From assembly GCA_964600575.1 (NCBI GenBank), contig CAZRJH010000001.1, positions 223,683 to 287,682 of the forward strand: 64,000 nt of DNA, given 5' to 3'. Made by a program: the position numbers and the translations under genes. A model generated the notes under the pieces. The model ran no database searches and was not told the DNA's origin. It worked only from the letters and a program-made list of their open reading frames with translations. The stretch comes from an uncultured Gammaproteobacteria bacterium. Lineage in GTDB: Bacteria > Patescibacteriota > Microgenomatia > UBA8517. This document shows, piece after piece, positions 17,641-27,554 of the stretch (the stretch's first letter is position 1; each line of letters opens with the position of its first letter).

Positions 17641-19325
17641 TATTTAGTTATCAAATATCTTCCCATTACCAAAAAATCTATCGGGTTGTCGTAAAAATCG
17701 TATAACGCCTGTTCCGGTTTCTCTACAATGGGCTCGCCGTCAACATTATAGCTAGTATTGAGCACACACGGAATTCCTGTTTTGTTGTAAAAAGATTTTA
17801 TGACCTTATAGTACAACCCGTCTGTCGGATTTACAGTTTGCACTCGACAAGTTTTATCTTTGTGTACGACGGCGCTTATTAAATCTATTTTTTCAGATTT
17901 TGTTGGTAAGCAATAGTTCATAAAAGAGAAATTTGTATCGCTTTTGGGAACTTCGAAAAGAAAATTAATTTTATTTTCTAAAACCGAGGCGGCAAAAGGT
18001 CGAAAGGGCTCTCTTTTTTTTATAAGATTTACCTTGTTTTTCATCTCACGATTTTTCGGATTTGCAATTATGGACCTTGACCCGAGGGCCCTTGGTCCAA
18101 ATTCCATCCTACCTTCAAACCAGCCGACGATTTTGTCTTTAATCAACAAATCCGACACTCGTTCCGACAATTCGGTATCACTTTTAAACTTAACAAATTT
18201 TACTTCCTTAATTTTTAGAAGCGTTTCGATATACTCGTCAGAATAGAAATTGCCTAGTTTTAATGATTTCAAAGTTTTTCTTTTCGGATTTTTACCTGTC
18301 AACATATAAACAAAAAGTGCCGCCCCGATTGCACAGCCGCTGTCAACTGTAGCACCGGGATTGAAAACATTTTTAAATTTAGTTTTTTCAAAAATTTTGC
18401 CGTTGGCCAATGAATTTAAAGCAACCCCTCCACCTAACGATAAATTCTTGGATAAAGTTGAGTCATAGAGTTTGTTTAAAACCGAAAAATATATATCTTC
18501 TGTTACCTGCTGTATGCTTGCCGATATATCTTTGTGCCTTTTGCTTATTTTTCCACCGTAGACGCGCGGTTTGCCGAGAAGTTTTTCGAACTCTTTAGTC
18601 CACATCTTGTGAGATCTGTCGTATGAAAAGTATTTTTTATTTACAACAAAATTCCCGTCACCCTGAACATTAATCATTTTAAAAATTTGTTCTTTATATA
18701 TGGGACTGCCGTAAGCGGAAAGACCCATCATTTTGTACTCATCATTGTTAACTTTAAATCCTAAATACGAAGTGAAGGTGGAATAAACAAGCCCTAATGA
18801 GTTGGGGAAATTTAGACTCACTATTTTTTTAAGTTTGTTGCCCGACCCCTTCCACAAAACAGTTGATTCGTATTCACCAACGCCGTCAATTGTTAAAACA
18901 GCCGATTCTTTGTATGGAGACAAAAAATAAGAAAAGGCCGCGTGAGAGGTATGATGCGGCACAAAAAATATTTTGCCTTTAAAACCGGTTTTTTTTCTAA
19001 TTGTTTTTTCGACTTGAATCTTTTCACCAAGTGCGTCTTGAATGGTGTTTAAAAAATACTTAAAGGAAAAAGGAAATGTTTCAACATAAGTCGTGAGTAT
19101 CCTCTCTAGCTTAAGAACTGGTTTTTCGTAATATGCGATCGCATCCAAATCGCCAATAGCTATCCGAGAAAATTCTAGACACTTGTTAATTGCTTGCTCG
19201 GGAAAACCGTTGTCATGTTTAATTCTGGTGAATCGTTCTTCTTCGAAAGCACAAACAACCGATCCGTTCTCTATTATGGCGGCTGCGCTGTCGTGGTAAT
19301 AACTAGATAAACCTAATATTTTCAT
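17640..19325 (-). CDS. Carbamoyltransferase (NodU/CmcH family)
   Basis: MKILGLSSYYHDSAAAIIENGSVVCAFEEERFTRIKHD N-terminal ASKHA-like domain and a YrdC-like C-terminal half; 561 aa. Confidence 0.75.
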   Translation of the reverse strand: MKILGLSSYYHDSAAAIIENGSVVCAFEEERFTRIKHDNGFPEQAINKCLEFSRIAIGDLDAIAYYEKPVLKLERILTTYVETFPFSFKYFLNTIQDALGEKIQVEKTIRKKTGFKGKIFFVPHHTSHAAFSYFLSPYKESAVLTIDGVGEYESTVLWKGSGNKLKKIVSLNFPNSLGLVYSTFTSYLGFKVNNDEYKMMGLSAYGSPIYKEQIFKMINVQGDGNFVVNKKYFSYDRSHKMWTKEFEKLLGKPRVYGGKISKRHKDISASIQQVTEDIYFSVLNKLYDSTLSKNLSLGGGVALNSLANGKIFEKTKFKNVFNPGATVDSGCAIGAALFVYMLTGKNPKRKTLKSLKLGNFYSDEYIETLLKIKEVKFVKFKSDTELSERVSDLLIKDKIVGWFEGRMEFGPRALGSRSIIANPKNREMKNKVNLIKKREPFRPFAASVLENKINFLFEVPKSDTNFSFMNYCLPTKSEKIDLISAVVHKDKTCRVQTVNPTDGLYYKVIKSFYNKTGIPCVLNTSYNVDGEPIVEKPEQALYDFYDNPIDFLVMGRYLITK

Positions 19326-19326
19326 A

Positions 19327-19602
19327 TTAAAAAGGTGACTCTAGGTCTTTTTTGTTAAACAACGAATCGGGAACAATCCAAAAGTTGTTAGCCTTATTAT
19401 CTTTTTTAGAAAAATATTTAAAAAACTTGGCAAAGCCCACTCCAAGAACATAAACAGGAATTAAAATGGTTTTAAGAATAAATATGTTAATTTTTTTAAT
19501 CATTAAATGAGAGGGTAGAGAAATATTGGAACAGGGGAAAATTGAACAAAAACAACCAACAAAGAAACAATAATTAAAAATATAAAAAGCGGAATTAACC
19601 AA
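19327..19602 (-). CDS. Small hydrophobic membrane protein, function unknown
   Basis: 91 aa, two predicted TM segments, tightly packed in the operon. Confidence 0.3.
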   Translation of the reverse strand: MVNSAFYIFNYCFFVGCFCSIFPCSNISLPSHLMIKKINIFILKTILIPVYVLGVGFAKFFKYFSKKDNKANNFWIVPDSLFNKKDLESPF

Positions 19603-19638
19603 ATTTTTTTAGTTTTGGTTATTAGAATATAAATTTGC

Positions 19639-20643
19639 CTAAGGGTCTCCATAAGTTTTCATCAAATATGAACCAATTGAGTTCACCACCAAATTGTCAA
19701 AATCTCTTGTTGGGTGAAGTTTGTCGGTTGTGTCTTTTTGCTCATAAGCTTCTGGGCCACCATATGGAAGGGATTCTTCAACCATATCTACATATGGAAT
19801 GCTTCTGTTATTCAACAGTACTTTAATAGTATTTAATTCGCCTGTCCACTGTGATTTACCGAAAATGGGATATATAACAAAAAGAAGATCAGTTTTATTT
19901 TGTGAAGAAATGTGCTCAAGTGTATCAAGCGACTTGTTCATGGAGGCAAGTTTTGAATTCCAAACTTCTGTGCTAGGCCCAGCGTTCTCAAATTTTTTAT
20001 CTAATAATATATTCTTAAAAAGCAAAACCCGATAGATACTTGATTTTTCAAACATGAACTTGTTCAACTTAATACTAGGTTCTTCGGGCGATGACATAAA
20101 AGTTAATTTTCCATCCAAATTAAGAACAACCGGCGAAAAATCGAAGTCGTTTAGTGTAAACTGTATAATTAGGAGATCTGGATTCAACTTTGTTAAATGA
20201 TCTTGAAATAGGCTTACTTCTTGTTTAGTGTTATATGACTCCACGCCAATCTTAACTACTTGAACTTTTTTTTCTTTAAATATGCCCATAGAAATGATAT
20301 TGTCCTCCAAAGGCTTACCTATATTGGCCCGGTTTGTATTGGAGTCTCCCAAAATCATTATTTTAAATGTGTCATCGTCTTCATCTCCCAAAACTTTTGA
20401 GTCATTTTGTTCCTCCAATATTTCGGGGAAAGAACAGTTTCCCCAAACAGGCTCAAAACCCAAGTCAGACGAGGGTTTAAAACAGTTTTCATTGTTAAAG
20501 TTGTCATCAAAACTACGCCAATCTTTTATTGAATTTTCTAGGATCTTTGGCTCGATATATGTGCTGGAAAACATGTCAGAGAATACCAAAGCCAACGAGA
20601 GGAAAACAAAAAAAAGGGTCGCAGAAGTTATTTTGCTTTTCAT
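19639..20643 (-). CDS. Secreted SGNH/GDSL-type hydrolase-like protein
   Basis: Signal-peptide-like N-terminus; FKIMILGDSNTN GDS(N) motif block I. Confidence 0.5.
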   Translation of the reverse strand: MKSKITSATLFFVFLSLALVFSDMFSSTYIEPKILENSIKDWRSFDDNFNNENCFKPSSDLGFEPVWGNCSFPEILEEQNDSKVLGDEDDDTFKIMILGDSNTNRANIGKPLEDNIISMGIFKEKKVQVVKIGVESYNTKQEVSLFQDHLTKLNPDLLIIQFTLNDFDFSPVVLNLDGKLTFMSSPEEPSIKLNKFMFEKSSIYRVLLFKNILLDKKFENAGPSTEVWNSKLASMNKSLDTLEHISSQNKTDLLFVIYPIFGKSQWTGELNTIKVLLNNRSIPYVDMVEESLPYGGPEAYEQKDTTDKLHPTRDFDNLVVNSIGSYLMKTYGDP

Positions 20644-21305
20644 TTTTTGACAGCAACCAAGGACTTAACAAACAAACCATATTTTTCTTTGTAAATTTTT
20701 GCTTCAGGAAAAAGGGTTTCCATATCAGAATAACTCAATAAGTTCCAATCGCTATGTATATGCCTAATGCCCAACCAGTTGATTATCTTTCCAATAAGTA
20801 TTTGGATATTTCTAGGTAAAAAAATAAATAGCACAGGCATTAGCGTATGACTTTCAACTAGAAAGTATTTATTAGGCGTCTGAACAAAAAAACTTTTACC
20901 AACCCTTGCTATCTCTTTAGCAAAAGCTTGTTGTACAACAAAAGCTTTTCTTTTAAAAACTTTGTTACTCATGCCTAAAATTGCCTTTTTGTTTCCGGTT
21001 ACATGTTCTATTACCGAATTGCATAGTACTATATCAAAAGACTTGTCTTTAAAAGGTAGTTTAAAGTCTGCATTAATTATCTTTGTTTTGAAATCATGTT
21101 GCTTATTGGCAATATCAAGTAATTCAATATCATAATCTGCAACAACAATATTTTTTCTGTTAAGTTTGTCTGGGAATTTTTTTATAATTTCGTTTATATA
21201 GCTCCCATCACCTCCGCCAAGATCCAAAACAGTCTGTGTTTTTCGGGGTTTAATGCTTTTAACAAAAAGTCGAGCCCTACTGTTTCTAAAACTATTCAGT
21301 TTCAT
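20640..21305 (-). CDS. Class I SAM-dependent methyltransferase
   Basis: VLDLGGGDGSY SAM-binding motif. Confidence 0.6.
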   Translation of the reverse strand: MKLNSFRNSRARLFVKSIKPRKTQTVLDLGGGDGSYINEIIKKFPDKLNRKNIVVADYDIELLDIANKQHDFKTKIINADFKLPFKDKSFDIVLCNSVIEHVTGNKKAILGMSNKVFKRKAFVVQQAFAKEIARVGKSFFVQTPNKYFLVESHTLMPVLFIFLPRNIQILIGKIINWLGIRHIHSDWNLLSYSDMETLFPEAKIYKEKYGLFVKSLVAVKK

Positions 21306-21354
21306 TTATTTAAGCAACATTATATCTAGAAGATAACGAAATTTCATGGTATAA

Positions 21355-22143
21355 GTGAATGCAAAAATGAAGGTTAAATTTAAAACTGATTACGCAAAAC
21401 GTTTTGCAGAAATTCTACTCGCACTTACAGAAAAAGAAAGTAAGATTAGATACGCCAGAACATTTTTTGGTAAAGGCTGGGTATTGCTTTTTCCTGTTAT
21501 TCAAATGCTAGTAATGGGTTTTATTTTTTCTTTCTTTATTAAGTTACCAAATTATTTTCAATTCTTGTTTGGAGGGCTTTGTATTTGGAATTTTTTTTCA
21601 ATTTCCATAACACGATCTTGCGTTAGTTTGGTCTCAGAGAGAATGTTGGTTCAAAAATCAAAGTTTCCAGTTGAAACGGTACCACTTTCGGTTGTTCTTT
21701 CAAATCTGGAGAACCTCATAATATCCGCAGTGTTGTTCATACTCTATTTGTTAATTACTAACAGCCTCGAGAGTGTCGATATCGCACTTCTATCTTACTC
21801 TCTAATAATGCTTATACTGCTAACGTCTGGTATTTCACTTCTGGTTTCGGTAATAAACGTATTTAGAAGAGACGTAAATTTCATAATACAATCCTTAATT
21901 CCTTTATTGTTTTATGCCACACCTATTTTATATAGACTTGACGACATTCCCGAAAAATTTCGCTTCGTTTTAATGCTAAATCCTATGAGCAGTATTGTAG
22001 TGGGATTCAGGTCTGCTTTCATGAGTCAGGAAACAACTCCATTTAATATGGTTGTTATTAACATTTTTACAGTGACGTTTATTTTTATATTGGGAATCAT
22101 GGTTTTCAAAATCAACAAAAACAAAATACCAGACTATTTATAA
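21355..22143 (+). CDS. ABC-2 type polysaccharide/teichoic-acid exporter permease (Wzm/TagG-like)
   Basis: Six TM topology; ABC-2 family N-terminal pattern (RYARTFFGKGWVLLFPVIQML); followed by the ATPase. Confidence 0.7.
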   Translation: MNAKMKVKFKTDYAKRFAEILLALTEKESKIRYARTFFGKGWVLLFPVIQMLVMGFIFSFFIKLPNYFQFLFGGLCIWNFFSISITRSCVSLVSERMLVQKSKFPVETVPLSVVLSNLENLIISAVLFILYLLITNSLESVDIALLSYSLIMLILLTSGISLLVSVINVFRRDVNFIIQSLIPLLFYATPILYRLDDIPEKFRFVLMLNPMSSIVVGFRSAFMSQETTPFNMVVINIFTVTFIFILGIMVFKINKNKIPDYL

Positions 22144-22144
22144 A

Positions 22145-22885
22145 ATGGAAGATTCAAGGGAACTTATAAAATTAACAAACGTAACCAAAGATTTTTATAT
22201 AAAAAGAGGCACCTTTTTCGCCGTAAAGTCTCCAAAGAGAGTTACCGCGGTAAAAAATATTAATTTAACTATTTCAAAAGGCGAACGAATAGGAATAGTG
22301 GGGGCAAATGGTTCAGGAAAAACAACTCTTTTAAAAATTATCTCTGGAATAACAACACCGACAAAAGGAGTAGTGCAAGCAATAGGCAAGATAGTATCAA
22401 TAATGAAAATTGAGGCTGGTTTTAATCAAGATCTCAACGGGTATGAAAATCTAAAACTTAACGGCTTGTTGACCGGAATGTCCGGCAAGGAAATTGAGAG
22501 AAAGACTAAAAAAATAATTAAATTTTCCGAGTTGGAAAAGCATATGGACTCACCACTTTATACTTATTCAGATGGGATGCGCTTTAGGCTTGCTTTGGCT
22601 ATCGCGTTTGCAAGTGAGTGCGACCTGCTTTTGATAGACGAGGTGATAGTCTCAGGAGATATAAATTTTCAAGAAAAGACAATAGACACTATAAACAGCA
22701 TTCAAAAAAAGGGAGGGGCAGCTACAGTTATTACTTCACACATACCTTCCTTTGTTTGGGCATTTTCTAATGTTTTTTATGAAATGCAAAACGGAGAAAT
22801 CAAAAAAATTTCTTACAAAAAAATGGAGAGCGAGGTTAAGAGAGTAGATGCAACTTGGAGAAAAAAGATCTTAACAAAAATATGA
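22145..22885 (+). CDS. ABC transporter ATP-binding protein (Wzt/TagH-like, no C-terminal carbohydrate-binding domain)
   Basis: Walker A GANGSGKTTLLK, signature YSDGMRFRLALA, Walker B LLLIDE. Confidence 0.8.
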   Translation: MEDSRELIKLTNVTKDFYIKRGTFFAVKSPKRVTAVKNINLTISKGERIGIVGANGSGKTTLLKIISGITTPTKGVVQAIGKIVSIMKIEAGFNQDLNGYENLKLNGLLTGMSGKEIERKTKKIIKFSELEKHMDSPLYTYSDGMRFRLALAIAFASECDLLLIDEVIVSGDINFQEKTIDTINSIQKKGGAATVITSHIPSFVWAFSNVFYEMQNGEIKKISYKKMESEVKRVDATWRKKILTKI

Positions 22886-23574
22886 AAAAAATACTAAACG
22901 ATTTGGGACTCACAACTTTGCTTAGAATATTAACATTCAGAAGTTTTGATATAAACATTTTCAATAAACAGTTTTCCAAGTTATTAATCGACGTTTATGA
23001 CGGATATTGGGGACATTCAGTTTCAAGAAAAAACGGAGATTTAGGGTTTGGGTTTTTTCATTTTGGACTCATAGCAGCACACAAACCAAAAAGAGTTTTA
23101 TGCGTCGGTTCTCAAAAAGGGTTTATACCCGTTATTTGTGCATTGGCTTGTAAAAGCAACAATAAAGGTCATGTAGATTTTGTTGATGCCGGATTTGATG
23201 AAGGTCACCCAAAAGCCTGGAGTGGCATAGGTTTTTGGAGAAAAGTAAATCTGAATAAGCATTTTGCCAAGGCGGGAGCAGAAAACTGGATAACCACTCA
23301 TGTTTTGACAACAGAGGATTTTGCCAAAAAAAATAAAAGAAGATATGACTATATTTATATTGACGGGGATCATTCCTATGAAGGAGTAAAAAGAGATTAT
23401 AAAATTTTCTGGCCACTACTAAACAAAGGTGGATTTATGGCGTTTCACGATGTTCTAGCAGAAGGGTCGTTTAGATCTAAATATAATTTTGGTGTATGGA
23501 AGTTGTGGAAAGAAATAAAGAATGAAAAAATTTATTTTAGTCGTTTGCCGGGACTGGGAATACTGCAAAAATGA
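22882..23574 (+). CDS. Class I SAM-dependent methyltransferase (Methyltransf_24/TylF-CmcI-like)
   Basis: YDYIYIDGDHSYEGVKRDY motif typical of CmcI/TylF-like O-methyltransferases; ATG overlaps the upstream TGA (ATGA). Confidence 0.5.
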   Translation: MKKILNDLGLTTLLRILTFRSFDINIFNKQFSKLLIDVYDGYWGHSVSRKNGDLGFGFFHFGLIAAHKPKRVLCVGSQKGFIPVICALACKSNNKGHVDFVDAGFDEGHPKAWSGIGFWRKVNLNKHFAKAGAENWITTHVLTTEDFAKKNKRRYDYIYIDGDHSYEGVKRDYKIFWPLLNKGGFMAFHDVLAEGSFRSKYNFGVWKLWKEIKNEKIYFSRLPGLGILQK

Positions 23575-24758
23575 AATTTCCTGAGAATGCTTCTAATAAA
23601 ATAAAGATGTTTTTGGAGTTTAGTAAAATCAAGTCTTCTTTCTCAAGACAGCACTCTGTGAACATGCTCTCCTTGCTAACCCCAAACATAGATAGAAATG
23701 CTCTCTACGCTCACAAACAACTAATAAAGTTTAACCCCGATAATCACGGAATGTGGGTTAATCAATCCGAAAGGACCAATAAACACAACTCCCAAAGGCT
23801 AGAGTCTGAAGTAATTCAAATGACACTTGGTCTAATGGGTTGCCCAAGCAGTAAATTTACCGGTTACTTGGGCAGCGGGGGCACAGAATCAAATATCTAT
23901 TTGGCATGGGTAGGCAGGAACTATTTAAACAAAAAATTCCCGGGAGGAAATCTTTCGCTGCTAAAAACCGACTTAACACACCACTCAATAGACAAAGCCT
24001 GCAACATTCTCTCGCTCACAAGTCATACCCTAAAACTAAACGAAAAATCGTGGTCTATTGACTTAAACGAGTTTTCAAAAACTATACAAAAATTGTCACA
24101 AACTGGTTACAAAAAGTTTTTACTACCTTTGACTTTGGGTTACACCCTAACAGGAACATCAGATGATGTGGAGGCAATATGCAAGGAGCTAAAAACCCTT
24201 CAAAAAAAGTTAAAAATAAAATTCTATGTTTGGATTGACGCCTCCTTCAACGGTCTGCCATCTGCAGTTAGAACCAACAATTTTAACCCTTTCAAAAATC
24301 CTGAGGTAAAAGGATTGCTTATGGACTTTCATAAAACAGGTTTTGTTTCACTTACAGCTGGCATGATTCTGTTAAGACGCGGTTTCGAAAAAAATGTCGA
24401 GACAAAAAGTATATATCTCGATTTCAAAGATTTCACCTTATCGGGTTCTAGAACAGGCATACGAGCGGCAGAATGTTGGTATACCATTAAGAGTCTAGGG
24501 CGGAAAGGTTACCTGGACAAATACAAACAAATTATCAACAGCAGAAACAAAATAATAAATTTTTTGGAAAATGAAAGTGACTTAAAAATTATATATAATG
24601 ACCAAAGCTTGCATTGCGGTGTTATTCTTAAAAGCAACAAAAGCAAAAAAAGCTTTTATGAAAAAAAATACGGTTTGAAATTTAAGAACACAAAGTTATT
24701 GTTTACAAAAGGAAAATTAAATTTTTTAATAAGCCGATGTTTTTTTATAAATAAATGA
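23571..24758 (+). CDS. PLP-dependent group II decarboxylase-like enzyme
   Basis: GYLGSGGTESNIYLA (S.GGTESN motif) and DFHKTG (PLP-lysine D.HK motif). Confidence 0.55.
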   Translation: MKFPENASNKIKMFLEFSKIKSSFSRQHSVNMLSLLTPNIDRNALYAHKQLIKFNPDNHGMWVNQSERTNKHNSQRLESEVIQMTLGLMGCPSSKFTGYLGSGGTESNIYLAWVGRNYLNKKFPGGNLSLLKTDLTHHSIDKACNILSLTSHTLKLNEKSWSIDLNEFSKTIQKLSQTGYKKFLLPLTLGYTLTGTSDDVEAICKELKTLQKKLKIKFYVWIDASFNGLPSAVRTNNFNPFKNPEVKGLLMDFHKTGFVSLTAGMILLRRGFEKNVETKSIYLDFKDFTLSGSRTGIRAAECWYTIKSLGRKGYLDKYKQIINSRNKIINFLENESDLKIIYNDQSLHCGVILKSNKSKKSFYEKKYGLKFKNTKLLFTKGKLNFLISRCFFINK

Positions 24759-25864
24759 AAACAAATATCCATATCCAAGAATTTACTTTTGACGATGTTC
24801 TTCTTGTTCCAGGAAAGTCAAAATTTGAACTCGCAGAAGAGAACACTATCGAAATTTCTTCATACCTAACTAATAAAATACGCATAAAAAATCCTGTGGT
24901 TTCCGCCAATATGGCGACAGTTACCGAAACGGATATGGCAATCACAATGGCGGATTTGGGTGGGGTTGGAATAATACACCAGTTTATGGATTACGAAAGA
25001 CAACTTAAAGAAGTCAAAAAAGCAAAATCAAGGTCGGAAATAGTCGGTGCGGCAGTTTTTAGTTATGGAAACAAAATTTTAGAACACTCGCTTAACCTAA
25101 AAAGATCTGGCTGCGACGTTCTTGTTGTAGATAGTGCAAACGCACATAACAAACAAGCAATGGATCTTATCTATCAAATTAAAAAAAGGGTCAAAATTCC
25201 ATTAATTGCAGGCAATGTCGCAACAGCAGAAGCAGTTAAAGACTTAGTTAAAATCGGAGTAGACGGAGTAAAAGTCGGTATAGGTCCTGGTTCACATTGT
25301 ACGACAAGGTTAGTAACAGGTTTTGGAAGGCCTCAATTATCAACAATCAAAGATTGTGTTTCGGTAGGTAAAAAATACGGCATTCCCATAATGGCAGACG
25401 GCGGAATCAGAACTCCAGGCGATGCCGTTAAAGCAATAGCTTTTGGTGCAAGCACAGTCATGATTGGCGGTATGTTTGCGGGAACCAAACAAAGTCCCGG
25501 AGATTTGATAAAAAAGAACGGAGCCCTATACAAAATGTCCTGGGGCAACTGCACCAACGAGGCTTATAAGTGGACTTTTTCAAAAGAAAACATCAAGTCT
25601 CAAATTAAAAAAATCATTAAAACCTACTTGTATTCACAAAGGGAGGATTTGTCTTCAAGTTTTTTGGAGGAGGGTGTATCTGGTTTAATAGAATACAAAG
25701 GCGACGTAGAAAAAATATTTTTAGAAATAGCTGGCGGGATAAGGCGCGGCTTATGGTACGGTGGTGCCAAGGATATAAAAGAGTTTCAAAAGAAAATAAA
25801 GTATGTTTTAATCACAAACTCTACACTCCAGGAAAATAAAGCCAGAATTGCAAATGACTTCTAA
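24755..25864 (+). CDS. IMP dehydrogenase / GMP reductase family protein without CBS domains
   Basis: [10 protein letters not shown]-terminus; catalytic loop [11 protein letters not shown] (IMPDH signature GIGPGSICTT); 369 aa leaves no room for a CBS pair. Confidence 0.65.
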   Translation: MKTNIHIQEFTFDDVLLVPGKSKFELAEENTIEISSYLTNKIRIKNPVVSANMATVTETDMAITMADLGGVGIIHQFMDYERQLKEVKKAKSRSEIVGAAVFSYGNKILEHSLNLKRSGCDVLVVDSANAHNKQAMDLIYQIKKRVKIPLIAGNVATAEAVKDLVKIGVDGVKVGIGPGSHCTTRLVTGFGRPQLSTIKDCVSVGKKYGIPIMADGGIRTPGDAVKAIAFGASTVMIGGMFAGTKQSPGDLIKKNGALYKMSWGNCTNEAYKWTFSKENIKSQIKKIIKTYLYSQREDLSSSFLEEGVSGLIEYKGDVEKIFLEIAGGIRRGLWYGGAKDIKEFQKKIKYVLITNSTLQENKARIANDF

Positions 25865-26765
25865 AATATTAATAGACACGGACCCGGGTTTCGACGACTC
25901 GATCGCTCTGCTTTTAGCGCTTTCTTCCTGCGAAAATAGAGTGTTTGGAGCAGTATCGGTTTTTGGCAATCATTATTCTAGGCTAACTTATTCTAATTTG
26001 TCGTATGTTGTAGAAATTGCAAAAAGTCTTGGAGGGGATAACCCATTGATTGCTAAAGGTGTAGACAGACCGTTGATTAAAAAATATTCACCATTTTACA
26101 AAATCCACGGCAAAGTAGGTTTAGGCGCGAGCCAACTCGAATATACTAAACATAAAACAATTGTAGACTTCGAGAATGTTTATAAGAATTTTTTAAACAA
26201 AAACATTCCTAACAAAAAAATACTTATGCTTGGACCATTAACAAATCTTGCAAAATACCTTGAAAAATATCCCGAAATGATAAACAAACTTCCGGAAACT
26301 GTTGTAATGGGCGGTTCGTTTTTTACAAAAGGGAACTACTCCGAGTCGATTGAGGCAAATTTCGGACACGACCCAGAGGCAGTATCAGCGGTTTGGGGTT
26401 CCGCTATTAAAAATGTGGTAATTGTTCCACTTGATGTTACCGAAAAGTTTGTGTTTGATCCTGCAGAACTTATCAATATCAAATCTAAAAAATTGAAAAA
26501 TTTCATTAAGATTTCAGGGGAGACATACTTTTCTTATTATAAAAATAACAAAAATGAACCAAAAGTTCCTATCCATGACGCTTTAGCATATATTTACACA
26601 CAGAAACCGGAATATTTCGAGGTATCATACGTGGGCACGAGAATTAAAAAAGATGGACAAATTGTCCTCGACAAAGATTCGAGTAGAAAATGTTTCGTAG
26701 TTTGCAGCTTTAACAAATCAAAGGTATACAACTACTTTTTCAAGCATATGAATTTTTATACTTAA
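25848..26765 (+). CDS. Inosine-uridine-preferring nucleoside hydrolase family protein
   Basis: N-terminal IDTDPGFDDSIALLLAL (DXDXXXDD calcium/ribose-binding motif). Confidence 0.75.
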   Translation: MQMTSKILIDTDPGFDDSIALLLALSSCENRVFGAVSVFGNHYSRLTYSNLSYVVEIAKSLGGDNPLIAKGVDRPLIKKYSPFYKIHGKVGLGASQLEYTKHKTIVDFENVYKNFLNKNIPNKKILMLGPLTNLAKYLEKYPEMINKLPETVVMGGSFFTKGNYSESIEANFGHDPEAVSAVWGSAIKNVVIVPLDVTEKFVFDPAELINIKSKKLKNFIKISGETYFSYYKNNKNEPKVPIHDALAYIYTQKPEYFEVSYVGTRIKKDGQIVLDKDSSRKCFVVCSFNKSKVYNYFFKHMNFYT

Positions 26766-26774
26766 GTTTATTTA

Positions 26775-27554
26775 ATGGATAAATTAACAAAATTAGTTGC
26801 AGAGAAAACAATTGAGCAAAAGTGTGCTTACATATCGGCAGAATTCGTTGAAGACTTACACATCAAGGTCCGCGGTAAGTATGTTAGATTTCATAAAATT
26901 CTCTGGGATTATTTACCAGAATCGAGCACTAAGGTTTTAACAGAAACGGCAAAAGCCGTTTCAAAATTAGCAATTTCTTCAAATGCGGAGATAATTTTAG
27001 GCATAGAAGCATCCGGAATAGCTGTGGCGTCAGTAGCCAGTGTTATATCTGGTAGAAAATTCGGGTTTATAAGAAAGAAGAGTAAAACTTACGGTTTGCA
27101 AAGAATCATCGAAGGTGAGTTTTCAGAAAATAAAAGAGCCATCATCGTCGATAATTTTTACTTTTCAGGTGGAACTCTAAAATCAGCAATTAATAAAGCA
27201 AGGGCAGTAGGGCTAAAAGTCATTCTTGCAGTATGTGTTGACGGATTCACGGAACTAGCAAATCCCAGAATGATTAACGGAGTGCCTGTCAAAATACTTA
27301 TAAACAACAAGGAGAAGGTTAAATATTTACTAAAGAAAAAATACTTTCCTAAAAATCTGACACCTTATATAGCTGATTATATTGAAAATCCGCTTCTTTA
27401 CATTGAAAATTCCGAAACTTATATAAACTTTACCAACGAAATTAAGAAACATAAAAACAATCAGGTTGTTATTGAAACCAAAAACAGAAGCCATCTTAAT
27501 AATTTTTACAAAAAAATATTGAAGTTCCTGAATGCCCTAAAAATACCCATTTAG
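26775..27554 (+). CDS. Type I phosphoribosyltransferase (orotate-PRTase-like)
   Basis: FGFIRKKSKTYGLQRIIEG resembles the OPRT RKE.K.HG...IEG block; PRPP-binding loop AIIVDNFYFSGGT. Confidence 0.55.
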   Translation: MDKLTKLVAEKTIEQKCAYISAEFVEDLHIKVRGKYVRFHKILWDYLPESSTKVLTETAKAVSKLAISSNAEIILGIEASGIAVASVASVISGRKFGFIRKKSKTYGLQRIIEGEFSENKRAIIVDNFYFSGGTLKSAINKARAVGLKVILAVCVDGFTELANPRMINGVPVKILINNKEKVKYLLKKKYFPKNLTPYIADYIENPLLYIENSETYINFTNEIKKHKNNQVVIETKNRSHLNNFYKKILKFLNALKIPI

